Of a stretch of DNA of 64,000 nt, positions 27,267 through 37,494 are shown one piece after another. Source of the stretch: an uncultured Lachnospiraceae bacterium (GTDB lineage: Bacteria > Bacillota > Clostridia > Christensenellales > UBA1242); NCBI GenBank assembly GCA_964606505.1, contig CAZSGM010000001.1, forward strand, positions 18,859 to 82,858. Direction: 5' to 3'. Both the position numbers and the translations under genes were made by a program. Numbering within the stretch: the stretch's first letter is position 1; each line of letters begins with the position of its first letter. A model generated the notes under the pieces. The model was not told the DNA's origin. It did not search any database and saw nothing but the letters and a program-made list of their open reading frames with translations.

Positions 27267-28592
27267 TTATTCTTCGGAATCGTCATTTATTGAACCATCT
27301 AGCAACGTTACAGGCTCAACTTCAATAAGTTTGGTTCCGTCAACGACTGCAACGGCATCCAATTTCTTTTGTATACGCTTAGATTTCTTAGTTGCATCCT
27401 CAATTGTTGTACTTGCCTCGTCAAGTTTCTTTTGTGTTTTTGCAAGCAGTTCAACAAACTTGACAAACTCAGTCTTAAACGTTGACAGCAACGCCCAAAC
27501 TTCACTTGAACGCTTTTCAATTGCGACGCTCTTGAAGCCCATTTGCAGCGAGTTGATGAGCGCCGAAAGTGTTGTTGGACCACAAACGATTATGCGGTAG
27601 TTATCTTGCAAGTATTCAAGCAAGCCCGCGTTTTTGACGACTTCCGCGTAAAGTCCCTCGAGCGCAAGGTACATAACGGCAAAGTCGGTTGTGCGCGGCG
27701 GGTCAATATACTTTTCGTTAATCTTTTTCGCTTCATCTTTTATGCGCTTTTCAAGTGCTTTTTGTGCCTTCTCCACGTCCTCTTTTATGCCAAGCTCACT
27801 CGCTTCAACCAATCTTTGGTAATCCTCAAGTGGGAACTTTGCGTCGATTGGAAGCAGTACGGTTTCGTCGTCGTTTTTCCCCGGCATTTTGATTACAAAG
27901 TCAACCGCTTCTTTGGAGTTTTTCTTGATTTGCACTTGGCTATCGTATTGGATGTGGCTGAGCATTTGCTCAAGTATGTTTCCAAGTTGCACCTCGCCCC
28001 AAACGCCACGTATTTTGATGTTACTCAAGGTGTGTTTTAGGTCGTCAACGCCGGTCGCGAGGCTGCGCATTTCGCCTAATCCCTTATGCACTTTTTCAAG
28101 TCTTTCCGAAATAATTGCAAAACTATCGTTAAGGCGTTTTTCAAGCGATGTGTTAAGTTTTTCGTCAACTGTTTCGCGCATTTTGTCAAGTTTTTCGTTG
28201 TTATCCACATTGATTTTATACAGCATTTCGCGGATTGTTTTATCAATATTTGACAGGCGCGTTTCGGTTTCGGTCAACAAGTTTTTTACGCGCACTTCAA
28301 CGTTTTGCAAAATCTGCGTTTGCTCAGTTTTGAACGCGTGTATATTTTGGTTGGATTCCGACTTTGAGGCGTACAACGTGCGCATAATCTGCTCGTTGTT
28401 GGAGTCAATAATTTTCTCAAGGTTTTCGTTTATTAATTTAATTTTATTAAACTGCTCATTTAATTCCCTTTGCACGCTACCGCTGCCTTGGTTGCTCTTT
28501 TTAAAAAGCAATACGGCGAGCAAAATTAGGCACAGTACTCCTACAACTAATATTCCGTAATCAACCATTGTTGCTGCACACAATCTTACCAT
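27267..28592 (-). CDS. rmuC: DNA recombination protein RmuC
   Basis: N-terminal TM segment, coiled coil, and the RmuC nuclease core (IRGVWGEVQLGNILEQ ... LPIDAKFPLEDY). Confidence 0.85.
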   Translation of the reverse strand: MVRLCAATMVDYGILVVGVLCLILLAVLLFKKSNQGSGSVQRELNEQFNKIKLINENLEKIIDSNNEQIMRTLYASKSESNQNIHAFKTEQTQILQNVEVRVKNLLTETETRLSNIDKTIREMLYKINVDNNEKLDKMRETVDEKLNTSLEKRLNDSFAIISERLEKVHKGLGEMRSLATGVDDLKHTLSNIKIRGVWGEVQLGNILEQMLSHIQYDSQVQIKKNSKEAVDFVIKMPGKNDDETVLLPIDAKFPLEDYQRLVEASELGIKEDVEKAQKALEKRIKDEAKKINEKYIDPPRTTDFAVMYLALEGLYAEVVKNAGLLEYLQDNYRIIVCGPTTLSALINSLQMGFKSVAIEKRSSEVWALLSTFKTEFVKFVELLAKTQKKLDEASTTIEDATKKSKRIQKKLDAVAVVDGTKLIEVEPVTLLDGSINDDSEE

Positions 28593-30010
28593 ATATCATC
28601 ACTCCACTCAATAAATTTCTCCAGTTCTTCCAATAAAAACTCTTTGTTGTTGTTTCTCTTTTTTACTGCAAGTATCAGCGCCGTTCCAAGCAACGATGAA
28701 ATCTCGTCATTGTCAAGTTCCGGCCACTTGTCTTTAATGTCTTTTGATGTAATCGAAAGTTCGCCAATATAGCGCGGGATGTTGTTTGCCTTCATTAAAT
28801 CTGCGGTTATAAAAACACGCTCAAAAATTTCATCGGCAAATCCTCTGTGTAAAATATTGTTATAATACGAAATATCTGAAAGCACAGGAAAGAAATAGTG
28901 CACATACGCAACAAATTTGCTCTCGTCGGTCATTTTGTTTCGCGTGAATAAACCATCCAAAACTAGGGTATAATGGGCTTGCGCTTTCCTTCCCAACATT
29001 AACCCTTCTTCCCCAAAATAACTTCCAAGCATTAGTTCCGCACGCTCGCCCACCATACTCTCAGTAAGTAGCCCTATAAAATAGGAAAGTCCCAGCGCAA
29101 AGTCAGCAGAAAGGAGCGTCCCAAATTTGAACGGCGTATGGTAGGAATCATATAACAAATTAATATCAACAACCTCTGGCAACCTAGTGTAAATATGTTC
29201 TATAATTCGCAAAGAGAACAAGGCGTCAAGCAGTCGAAGTTCCCTAGCGTGTATCGTATCTTCATCTTGTGCGTAGTTGTAACTATCTAATTGTGCACGC
29301 AGTGTGCGTTCGTCAGTTTCATCGGAGTAATGCTCTGTAGGATATTCGCCTTCCGCTGCTTGACATTTAAAAATCTTGCGCATTTCTTCCGCAACTTTAA
29401 CGTGTGAAACATCTTTTAGTAGATGCCTATGCAAAGTTGCGCTGTCCATAACGTCTTTAGGTATGTACATTTTCTTTGTGTATGCGAGCCTAACAAGGCG
29501 CATAATACGCAAGCCGTCCGATTCAAAAACGCGTTCGTTAACCATTCGTATGCGGTGTTCCAAGCAATCTTGCAAACCATTACAAGGGTCAAACAACTTA
29601 CATTCCGACAAATCGTAATACATTGCGTCTATAGTAAAATCTCGCCTTTGAACATCCTTTTCAACTTCGCTAACAAAGGAAACTTCGCGAGGGGTATGCC
29701 CTTTGCCGTAGATTTCCTCGCGAAAGGTGGTATAGTCAAATGTGGCGGTCTTTCTGCCTGCGGATATTTTATATGAGCCGAGCGCAGTGTTAACAGGTTG
29801 TGCTGTAAATTTTGTGTTTGTTAAAATCCTCTCAACGTCGCTAGGCGTTGCTGCACTGCAAATATCAATATCATCCGTGTCAATATCAAGCACAAAGTCG
29901 CGAATGTATCCACCAACGATGTACAACTTAAACCCGTTGTCTGCAAATATCTTGCTAAGTTCCCAAATTTCGCTTGGGATTTTTCCCTTAAATTTCTCTA
30001 GTATATCCAT
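28586..30010 (-). CDS. cca: CCA-adding enzyme / poly(A) polymerase-family tRNA nucleotidyltransferase
   Basis: LYIVGGYIRDFVLD..DIDICS. Start trimmed to ATG (MDILEK), 6 nt after GGAAGG; the track start is TTG. Confidence 0.8.
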   Translation of the reverse strand: MDILEKFKGKIPSEIWELSKIFADNGFKLYIVGGYIRDFVLDIDTDDIDICSAATPSDVERILTNTKFTAQPVNTALGSYKISAGRKTATFDYTTFREEIYGKGHTPREVSFVSEVEKDVQRRDFTIDAMYYDLSECKLFDPCNGLQDCLEHRIRMVNERVFESDGLRIMRLVRLAYTKKMYIPKDVMDSATLHRHLLKDVSHVKVAEEMRKIFKCQAAEGEYPTEHYSDETDERTLRAQLDSYNYAQDEDTIHARELRLLDALFSLRIIEHIYTRLPEVVDINLLYDSYHTPFKFGTLLSADFALGLSYFIGLLTESMVGERAELMLGSYFGEEGLMLGRKAQAHYTLVLDGLFTRNKMTDESKFVAYVHYFFPVLSDISYYNNILHRGFADEIFERVFITADLMKANNIPRYIGELSITSKDIKDKWPELDNDEISSLLGTALILAVKKRNNNKEFLLEELEKFIEWSDDIW

Positions 30011-30154
30011 TGTAAACCTTCCTATAATTATACCAAAATTCGCTTTCATAAACAAGTGAATAACACCAATTAATAAAAACAGATTACATGATACAATACT
30101 GGCAAAATAATGCTGCGATAATAACAAACTTTTAAGTTATTAAAACAATTAAAT

Positions 30155-30163
30155 CCCCCCCCC
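30155..30163. repeat. C9 homopolymer tract
   Basis: Nine consecutive C in the jag-cca intergenic region, 145 nt upstream of the cca start. Confidence 0.9.
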
Positions 30164-30341
30164 TACTTAAAGCACTTTTGAGCACCAAAAAAACAACCTA
30201 CACGAACTCAAAATGAGCAGCATAGGTTGCTTTTAATCTTATATGTTTAAATATTTTACTATTGCGATACTTTGCAAAACCACTTACAACAATTATTACA
30301 GCAAAGCGATTGCAAAGTCTCTACATTAAAATACGCTTAAA

Positions 30342-31082
30342 TTAGTCGTTCTTATCATTAGGGCGAACCGTTATGTATCTATATGGTTCGACGCCAAACG
30401 ACTCCGCGATTACATCCTTCCTATTCGCCAAAAAGTCGTGGATAAGGTGGCGCTCAAAAGAATTCATTGGTTGCATACGAATTGTTTTACCCGAACTGAT
30501 AGCCTCGTCGGCGCATTTAATTGCTTGCTCGCACAAATCGGCTTCGCGTTTCTTTTCATAGTCGCCCACATTAACAATTATGCGCTTGAGCGAAACTTCT
30601 TTGTTGTGTCCGCGCTCAATAGTGTTTAAAATAGTTTGCAGGGCATTGACGGCGTCAGTGTTTCCAAACACTTCGCAGCCTTCGCCTTGTATTTCAAAGA
30701 CAACTACTTTGTTTTGCACCCTTTCGGTCGCGTAAACGTTAGGGTTGTATAGTTTTAGAATTTTGTTTAAGACGCTCAACGCATATGTTGTTCCGCTTTC
30801 GTTTTGCACGCGCGCTTCCTCAGTTTCGCCGCAGTTTGTTTGCAAGCAGTTTGTTTCCGCGCCCGACTCTTGGCTGCAGGGTTCCGCGCTTTGAGGCTTG
30901 GACGTCGCGTCAAAAAGTTCGGCAAAACTCTCAGTTTTTGTCAACTTTACCTTTGCTTTTTTAAACATCCCCCCTTCGCTCAAAATCTCAACTTTTACCT
31001 CGTCGAGTTTTGCCCCCAGTTGGCTCAACCCGCTCTCGATTGCCTCTTGAACGTTCTTACCAAAACTCTCTATGCTTTCCAT
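30342..31082 (-). CDS. jag: Jag/KhpB RNA-binding protein (Jag_N-KH-R3H)
   Basis: R3H motif MQPMNSFERHLIHDFLA. Conserved position after yidC. Confidence 0.85.
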   Translation of the reverse strand: MESIESFGKNVQEAIESGLSQLGAKLDEVKVEILSEGGMFKKAKVKLTKTESFAELFDATSKPQSAEPCSQESGAETNCLQTNCGETEEARVQNESGTTYALSVLNKILKLYNPNVYATERVQNKVVVFEIQGEGCEVFGNTDAVNALQTILNTIERGHNKEVSLKRIIVNVGDYEKKREADLCEQAIKCADEAISSGKTIRMQPMNSFERHLIHDFLANRKDVIAESFGVEPYRYITVRPNDKND

Positions 31083-31103
31083 TGCCTCACCTCAACTGAC
31101 ATC

Positions 31104-32216
31104 CTATTGTCTAACGTAATCAGGTTTTTTAACTTCAACTTTTGCCTTACCGCTAGATTTTACTAGGTCGTCTTTTTTGTTCCTCAAAATTAGGTTGAAA
31201 ATATAGTTAGCAAGCGCACCGAACGCTGATGTCGTAACGATGTACAACGCAAACGCCGCACTATATCCCAAAGTAATCAACACCATAACGATAGGCAGTA
31301 CCCATTTCATAACCTTCGTTGCAGCAGCCCCGCTGGCTTTAGGTTGTGGGTTTTCTTTTTCACCTTTAGCAGAAAGTATGCGCCCCTCGTCGGCAGGTTT
31401 CTCTTCTTTCTTCTTTTTGTCCTTGACCGCTGCTTGTCCTAATGAAACAGATAGGAACGAAACAACTGCAGCAAGTATAATCAAGATAAAGTATCCGTTT
31501 GACGAACGAACCTTTTCGCGCAATGGATCCATAACTGCATCATACTTAGCTTTTTCTGCTTCGTATATTGCTTTTTCTTCGTCAGTTCCATTTTTTAGAT
31601 TAATTGAATTTGCGTATGATTCAAAAGATGCGATTGGACTTGCAGTTGTATCTGGACGCCAAATATTTTCAATCCAAAGCCAACTTGTTTTGATTTCTTG
31701 ATATTTTTCAAATACTGCTTGCTCTTGCTTAGCGACATAATCAACTTCGGTAACACTTACTGAGTCGTACGCTTTCTCAAGTGCTTCATACTGTGATTTG
31801 ACGACATTGCTTGAGATATTGTTCATTCCTGCAAACAGTGTAAAGAACACAAAACAGGTAACAAATAGATACAGTATCATTATACCACACGAACCAAACA
31901 TCCCGACGTTTTCGCGCTTATATAGTTCCATCGTCTTTTGGTTGAGTGTGTTTTTATCGTTGGCGTACTTTTCCTTGAGTTTAGCAAGTTGCGGCGCAAT
32001 CTTTTCTTGTTGCGCGGTAGTTTTTGCGGTCGACTTTCTTTGGAAATAGTCAAGCGGCAACATCAAAAGTTTTACAGCTATACCAATTAGAATGATAGTA
32101 AAACCATAATCGCCAATCCAACTATAAAACCATTTGATTATGTCTTCCCAAACACCTAATCCTGCTGGAATTTCAAGTTGTGCAGATAATAGATTTATTA
32201 AACTAACCATTTGCAA
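31104..32216 (-). CDS. yidC: membrane protein insertase YidC
   Basis: 370 aa polytopic protein with a basic C-terminal tail. Synteny rnpA-yidD-yidC-jag. Confidence 0.85.
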   Translation of the reverse strand: MQMVSLINLLSAQLEIPAGLGVWEDIIKWFYSWIGDYGFTIILIGIAVKLLMLPLDYFQRKSTAKTTAQQEKIAPQLAKLKEKYANDKNTLNQKTMELYKRENVGMFGSCGIMILYLFVTCFVFFTLFAGMNNISSNVVKSQYEALEKAYDSVSVTEVDYVAKQEQAVFEKYQEIKTSWLWIENIWRPDTTASPIASFESYANSINLKNGTDEEKAIYEAEKAKYDAVMDPLREKVRSSNGYFILIILAAVVSFLSVSLGQAAVKDKKKKEEKPADEGRILSAKGEKENPQPKASGAAATKVMKWVLPIVMVLITLGYSAAFALYIVTTSAFGALANYIFNLILRNKKDDLVKSSGKAKVEVKKPDYVRQ

Positions 32217-32470
32217 TCTCCTTTGATATTATCTGGAACAGGATCGACGCCGCCCGAATGTCTAGGCGTGCACCTCAAAATCCTTTTTAATCCTAAATAC
32301 GACCCCTTAAAAACCCCGAACGATTTTATAGCTTTTAAAGTGTAGGTTGAACACGTCGGCAAATATATACACCCGTGCGGCAACAGTGGCGAAATCACCC
32401 ATTTGTACAAGTAAATAAGTCCTTCCGCTAGCCACTGCAGAGGCATAAGCAATATTTTAAAGATGTTCAT
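32198..32470 (-). CDS. yidD: membrane protein insertion efficiency factor YidD
   Basis: ISPLLPHGCIYLPTCSTYTLKAIKSFG...GGVDPVP. Confidence 0.85.
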   Translation of the reverse strand: MNIFKILLMPLQWLAEGLIYLYKWVISPLLPHGCIYLPTCSTYTLKAIKSFGVFKGSYLGLKRILRCTPRHSGGVDPVPDNIKGDCKWLV

Positions 32471-32484
32471 ACGTTACCCTTAAA

Positions 32485-32826
32485 TTAGTCTTTATCCTTA
32501 ACTTTATTCAATAAAAACTTCAAATTATCATATAGCTGTTGATAACTCATATTTTCTATTCCGCTGCGCGCAACAATGATAATATTTTTCTTGCCGATTG
32601 AATCGTTTTTTGTAATATCATAAATGCAGGCGCGGATACGCCTCTTGACTTTGTTGCGCACGACCGCATTACCAACCTTTGAGCCGATACTTATCCCGTA
32701 GCGCGCGTAAGGCTTGTACGATTTCGTTACAATTAGCGTTACACATTTTGCGTTTTGGCGTTTCCCATTGCGGAACATAAAGTTGAATTCTTTAATCTTT
32801 TTTATTCTATACTTTTTTTTAATCAA
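32485..32826 (-). CDS. rnpA: ribonuclease P protein component
   Basis: 113 aa and basic (GNAVVRNKVKRRIR). Located downstream of rpmH. Confidence 0.85.
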   Translation of the reverse strand: MIKKKYRIKKIKEFNFMFRNGKRQNAKCVTLIVTKSYKPYARYGISIGSKVGNAVVRNKVKRRIRACIYDITKNDSIGKKNIIIVARSGIENMSYQQLYDNLKFLLNKVKDKD

Positions 32827-32878
32827 AACTTCCTCGCATATTATAAAAAATGCTCACTAATAAATAATGAGCAATTAA

Positions 32879-33013
32879 TTATACAGTAAGTTTTGCTCTA
32901 CCGCGTGCTCTACGTCTTTTGAGAACACGTCTGCCTGCTGTCGTCTTCATTCTTTGACGAAAGCCGTGAACTTTGCTTCTGTGTTTTTTCTTAGGTTGAT
33001 AAGTCCTCTTCAT
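32879..33013 (-). CDS. rpmH: 50S ribosomal protein L34
   Basis: Not in the track (44 aa). [50 protein letters not shown]. Confidence 0.92.
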   Translation of the reverse strand: MKRTYQPKKKHRSKVHGFRQRMKTTAGRRVLKRRRARGRAKLTV

Positions 33014-34059
33014 AATGCCATCTCCTTTACATATTCATCTTGAAAGATTTAAGTTTTAATATTATATATGAATTTCACTTTTTTGTCAAGTCATTTAGCG
33101 ATATTTTTAAGTAAATGCGCCAAACTTATTTTTTTGCGCCACCCCGCGCTAAAAAACAACCTCAATCGACGGCGCAAAACAGCCATCTTTTCTCACCTAA
33201 ACATTTGCAGTTTCTCCACCCTCAGGTTTTGCCAAAAAGTCAGTATTTTCGGGCTTTTTAGCGTGTAGTTATCCACAATTGTTCAACTTTTGTGGATAAC
33301 TTTACACGCTTTAAAAATCAATAAAGCTAACACTTTTAAAAAGCATTATTTAAAGCTCGCTAAACCTCGTAAAATCCACACTTTAAAACTCTTTCTTTCT
33401 TAAAAAATCAGTAAAAACATCAACGGCGAAGCAAGAAAAAACTCTGCCGTTTTATCCTTGCGTAGGTTTAAGTTTTAAATGTACTAACCACCCTCACGGC
33501 TTAGACTAAGTACAGGTAAAACCTGCTTTTTTTACATTCAAATGCACACGACTGAGTTTTTAAACTTTTTGTTGAGCGTTGCGCAAAACATCCAACGCGC
33601 CCAATGCCGCAGCCCTAATGCAGGCAAACTTCCCACACCACACCACAGTGGACAAACCCAACGCACAACGCCGCTGTGGATAAGTCCGAGCGCAAGACTT
33701 AACGCTACTGTGAACAACTCATAAAAGTATACTACACATTTATGAAACTACACAATTGTGGATAACCGCTAAAACACTCACTACAACCGCCTCTGCCCCT
33801 CCCTAAAGCTAGACAAGACGACCTCCCATTTCAAACATCACTCTCACTAATTTTATTATTTAGCAAGCTCAAATATTCACACTAAAAAGCTTCGCGATAA
33901 ACCACTACAAAAAAAAGCGGAAAAAGTCCGCAGCAACTAAAAAAAAACTTAGAAGCCTACACTCTTTCACGCTTTGAAACTTATGTTATCCGCTTAAACA
34001 GAAACTGCCCGATTTCCACAAATGTGGATAACTCAACTTTTTGCCCCACAAGAAAAATG

Positions 34060-34073
34060 GTTAAGTACTTAAC
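34060..34073. promoter_or_regulatory. perfect 14-bp palindrome GTTAAGTACTTAAC (unassigned binding-site candidate), copy a
   Basis: Minus-strand context is AAAAATAGTTAAGTACTTAACCATTTTT. A DnaA box lies 29 bp away. Confidence 0.6.
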
Positions 34074-34346
34074 TATTTTTGCCGCCAAAAAACATACGCG
34101 TATTACACAATTTACCCTATGATACTCTTGCAAAAACATAGTATTTATGCGGGGTGTAGGCATTTAGGCACAATACAAATTCTTATCTGCATCCACTGAT
34201 TGCGTTAACAAGTTTTTGGGGAGTTATCCACATTCTCAATAAAAACAGTCTTTTATACCCCCCTGTGGAAGAGATGTGAATAAATCGTCTACAAGTTTAA
34301 ATTGTAAACATTTTATTGCCTTCAAGTTTAAATATTTTAAAACATT

Positions 34347-34355
34347 TAGTAGTAG
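34347..34355 (+). other. TAGTAGTAG, a candidate DnaA-trio element next to an AT-rich direct repeat
   Basis: Three 5'-TAG-3' triplets 22 nt from the box pair at 34378/34400. Upstream, CAAGTTTAAAT occurs twice (34291-34345). Confidence 0.35.
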
Positions 34356-34516
34356 TGGTGTTTGTTACAAAAAACACTTATCCACAATTGTTTAACATAT
34401 GTGGATAAGTAATTTTAGAAAAATTTGCACCCAAAATTTTTGCCGCCAAAAAGCAGAAAATTCAAGAGAATGTTCCACTTTAAAACTGCAAAATATGAGC
34501 CTAACAAATGTGCATT

Positions 34517-35635
34517 TTAGTTAATTATGCGCACAGGAAGGATGAGGAAAAGATACCCGTCCCCTTCAAATGGCTTAATAATGCACGGAGCGATTGGAGT
34601 TGTAAAATTAAGTGTTATAAACTCGTCGTTTACCACCTTCAAGCACTCGATAAAATAGCGTGAGTTAAACGCCGTTGTCAAATCAACGCCATCCAAAGAA
34701 ATTGTAACATTTTCGTGGATGTTTCCAATTTCACTGTTCGACGAAATAGCCAAAGTTTTGTCCTTAATTTCAAACTTTGCTATGTTGTTTCTTTCGACGC
34801 GCGCAAGCAAACTTGTTCTGTCGAGCGCCTCTTCAAGTTGTTTTTTGTTTACGGTCGTAACCGTAGTAAAATCACCAGACGTAATGAGGTTATTATAATT
34901 AATAAACTCCCCGTCTAGCAAGCGAGAAATGATGACCGCGCCCTCTTGCTCAATCATCACGTATTGCTTTTGGAAAAATACTTTTATGCTCTCGTCTTTG
35001 TCGTCGATAACCTTGGTTATTTCAGACAAACTCTTAGCAGGAACGACAAACTGCGCCTCGCTAGTTGTGTACAAAATTGGCTTTTTAGCTATACTCATCC
35101 TGTACCCATCGAGTGCGACAACATTGACCTTATCGCTAAAAACTTCAAAGAAGCACCCCTTGAATAGTGGCCTTGCGTCGTCAAGCGAAACGGAAAAAAT
35201 CGTCTTGTTAATAGCGTCCACAAAGTCGTCTTTGCTAATCTCAAAGTACTGCTCGTTTGAAATCTTTTGTATATCAGGAAACTCCTCAGCATTCAAGCAT
35301 TGCATATAACCCACACTGTCAGTATATGCAAGCTTCAACTGATTGTTTTCACTAACTTCCAAAACAATTTGCTCGTTTGTAAGTTTTCTAACATACTCAC
35401 TAAAGAACTTACCGGGAACAACAACCGTTCCTTCAAGTTTTACGTCAGCCTTAATCTTTGTCTCAATCATCAACTCAAGATCTGTTGCGCTCAACTTCAA
35501 GCAATCAGCCTCAGCAACCAACTTAATTCCTTCCAAAATCGGATTAGTTGTTCTAGTTGCAGTTGCTTTGATAACCTTCAAAACTGCATCAGCGAGGTCA
35601 AGCCCATCGCATATTACTTTCATTCGGGTATTCAT
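34517..35635 (-). CDS. dnaN: DNA polymerase III beta sliding clamp
   Basis: Start set to ATG (MNTRMKVICDG), 5 nt after AGGAG. Three-domain clamp length (372 aa) with C-terminus LFLILPVRI. Confidence 0.9.
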   Translation of the reverse strand: MNTRMKVICDGLDLADAVLKVIKATATRTTNPILEGIKLVAEADCLKLSATDLELMIETKIKADVKLEGTVVVPGKFFSEYVRKLTNEQIVLEVSENNQLKLAYTDSVGYMQCLNAEEFPDIQKISNEQYFEISKDDFVDAINKTIFSVSLDDARPLFKGCFFEVFSDKVNVVALDGYRMSIAKKPILYTTSEAQFVVPAKSLSEITKVIDDKDESIKVFFQKQYVMIEQEGAVIISRLLDGEFINYNNLITSGDFTTVTTVNKKQLEEALDRTSLLARVERNNIAKFEIKDKTLAISSNSEIGNIHENVTISLDGVDLTTAFNSRYFIECLKVVNDEFITLNFTTPIAPCIIKPFEGDGYLFLILPVRIIN

Positions 35636-35795
35636 AGTTTCTCCTAAAAAATTCAAATCATTTTAGCATACTTTCGTTTTTCTGTAAAGCATTTTTGCCC
35701 AACTTTTCAAAATTTCTTCATTTTTTTTGGCGCTACAGGAGTTGAATTTTTTATTTTTTTTAAATAATAACCTGTATTATTATTGTCTGTGCAAA

Positions 35796-35956
35796 TGTGG
35801 ATAAATTTTGACGTAACCACAATATATTGTGTCATAACTCCTTAAAATCAACCACAGTATACAATATATAGTTTTTCAAAATGTGCATATCTCGGTGGAG
35901 AATTCCACATTTTTTGCACATTTAACTAACATTTTCAATTTTTCGGGTGTGGATAA
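35796..35956. promoter_or_regulatory. two perfect DnaA boxes (oriC part 2, dnaN-proximal)
   Basis: TGTGGATAA at 35796-35804 and 35948-35956. Confidence 0.75.
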
Positions 35957-35988
35957 CCCGATTTTGAACCGCGTTTTTTGGAAAAATA

Positions 35989-36002
35989 GTTAAGTACTTT
36001 AC
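35989..36002. promoter_or_regulatory. 13/14 variant of the palindrome (GTTAAGTACTTTAC), copy b
   Basis: Same 5' flank as copy a (GTTTTTTGG..AAAAATAGTTAAGTACT). A DnaA box lies 33 bp upstream. Confidence 0.5.
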
Positions 36003-36059
36003 GAAATTTGGCGAAAAATATTTTTTTTTGACTTTTTCAAAAAAATCAATTAAATTTGG

Positions 36060-36087
36060 TTGACTTATTTTTGAAAATCGCTATAAT
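36060..36087 (+). promoter_or_regulatory. orphan SigA-like promoter firing into the AT-rich array
   Basis: TTGACT (36060-36065), a 16-nt spacer, TATAAT (36082-36087). No ORF downstream. Confidence 0.4.
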
Positions 36088-36120
36088 ATAAAATTTTATT
36101 ATTTTTAGTTAATTTAGTTT

Positions 36121-36149
36121 TTAGAATTTAAAAAAATTTTAAATTCTAA
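36121..36149. repeat. 13-bp-arm perfect inverted repeat
   Basis: TTAGAATTTAAAA-AAA-TTTTAAATTCTAA. Confidence 0.85.
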
Positions 36150-36239
36150 ATTCGCGGAAGTTCGGCTCTTCAAAATAAACGGAACCTAAAATTGTAGCGT
36201 CTTTTAGTTGAACTCATCGCCAGTTGCGCAAGTTTTTTT

Positions 36240-37115
36240 GTGTGTTATTTAAGTACTAATAATATGTTAAGCTTGTTTATTTAATTGTTACTCATAATTT
36301 AGTAAGTAATTTTATTTTATTTCAGCACTTACTTATAATCATTACTTAAATACTATTAATACAATCTTTACTTAATTATAATATATAATATTGCAAATAA
36401 TAAGTCAAGTAATTTTATATTATTAATTAATAATTATTTATTGTCTAAATTATTTTGGTTATACTAATATAATATTAAGTACTTTTATTAATGTTATACT
36501 TATTTTATTATAAGTACTAACTTAATACACTTACTTATTTTTTTATTCGTACTAATTATAAGGGGTTGCATAATGCAGCGTGCTATCGCTTTTTATACTC
36601 ATACAATATAGTGAGTAATTATACTTATATTTTTTACTTATAATATTATAAGTTAATATTAATTTTTATATTTAAAATAATATGCATATATAGTACTATT
36701 ATATTATTACTAATACTATATTAAGTATTAATATGTTTTGTTTACTTTAATAATAGATATTACTAAAAATATTAAAGTACTTATAAAATGTTAAGTATTT
36801 TATATATTATTTTGTTATTATATAATTATATAACGTATATATATTAATACTTATTATATTATAAAAACTATATTATTTATTATACTCATAATATAATAAG
36901 TACTTAATTATTATACTACTTATAATATTATATAAACTAACATATTACTGTATTTATAATATTATAAGTTTAGATATATAATTATATCTTTACTTAATAT
37001 AAGTACTAAAATAGATAAGTACTTACAATATTATAAGTACTTATTTTATTTAAGTACTAAAATAATATAACGTATTTAAATATATATTTATTCTTATTAT
37101 ATTATTAGTACTAAA
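36240..37115. repeat. AT-rich AGTACT-core iteron array, block 1
   Basis: AGTACT starts at 36252, 36478, 36513, 36692, 36776, 36899, 37002, 37018, 37036, 37053 and 37107, mostly within (A/T)TAAGTACT(A/T)A. Confidence 0.8.
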
Positions 37116-37494
37116 ATAAGACAATGGGCAAACAAAATGCCGACTAAATTTTGCCTGATACAGTTTTATTTGGTTCATATGCTTATTTTGTGTCTACTGC
37201 ACCATACCCATTTGCAACGGCGCACACGATGTCGTGGCAGATTATACCATACTCCATTGCGGTTATGCAATTATTTTCTGCGTTGCAATCAATTGCTGCA
37301 TTGTAACCAATCAACATACTACAACTAATCGGCGTACCGCAACCAATTATGGCAGCACAACTGATAGCCGAACTGACAACTAAACCGACAGATGAACTAA
37401 CAGTGAACCGACAGCTAAGTTACAATCAACTCCATGTTGTTGTTAGCAATCAAACTTAAATTAACTATTATGCGACAATTAACTATTCCGCGAT

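Larger units (their letters stand above)
33269..34408. promoter_or_regulatory. DnaA-box cluster (oriC part 1) between rpmH and dnaN
   Basis: Eight perfect TTATCCACA/TGTGGATAA boxes starting at 33269, 33291, 33675, 33757, 34023, 34224, 34378 and 34400, plus several 1-2 mismatch boxes. Two inverted pairs have 13-nt gaps (33269/33291 and 34378/34400). Confidence 0.8.

Noticed and set aside
37137-37328. 63-aa ORF in the island inside the array.
   Set aside because: It has no SD, its composition is nonsense-like (Cys/His/Leu/Arg-rich), and it overlaps short DNA repeats.
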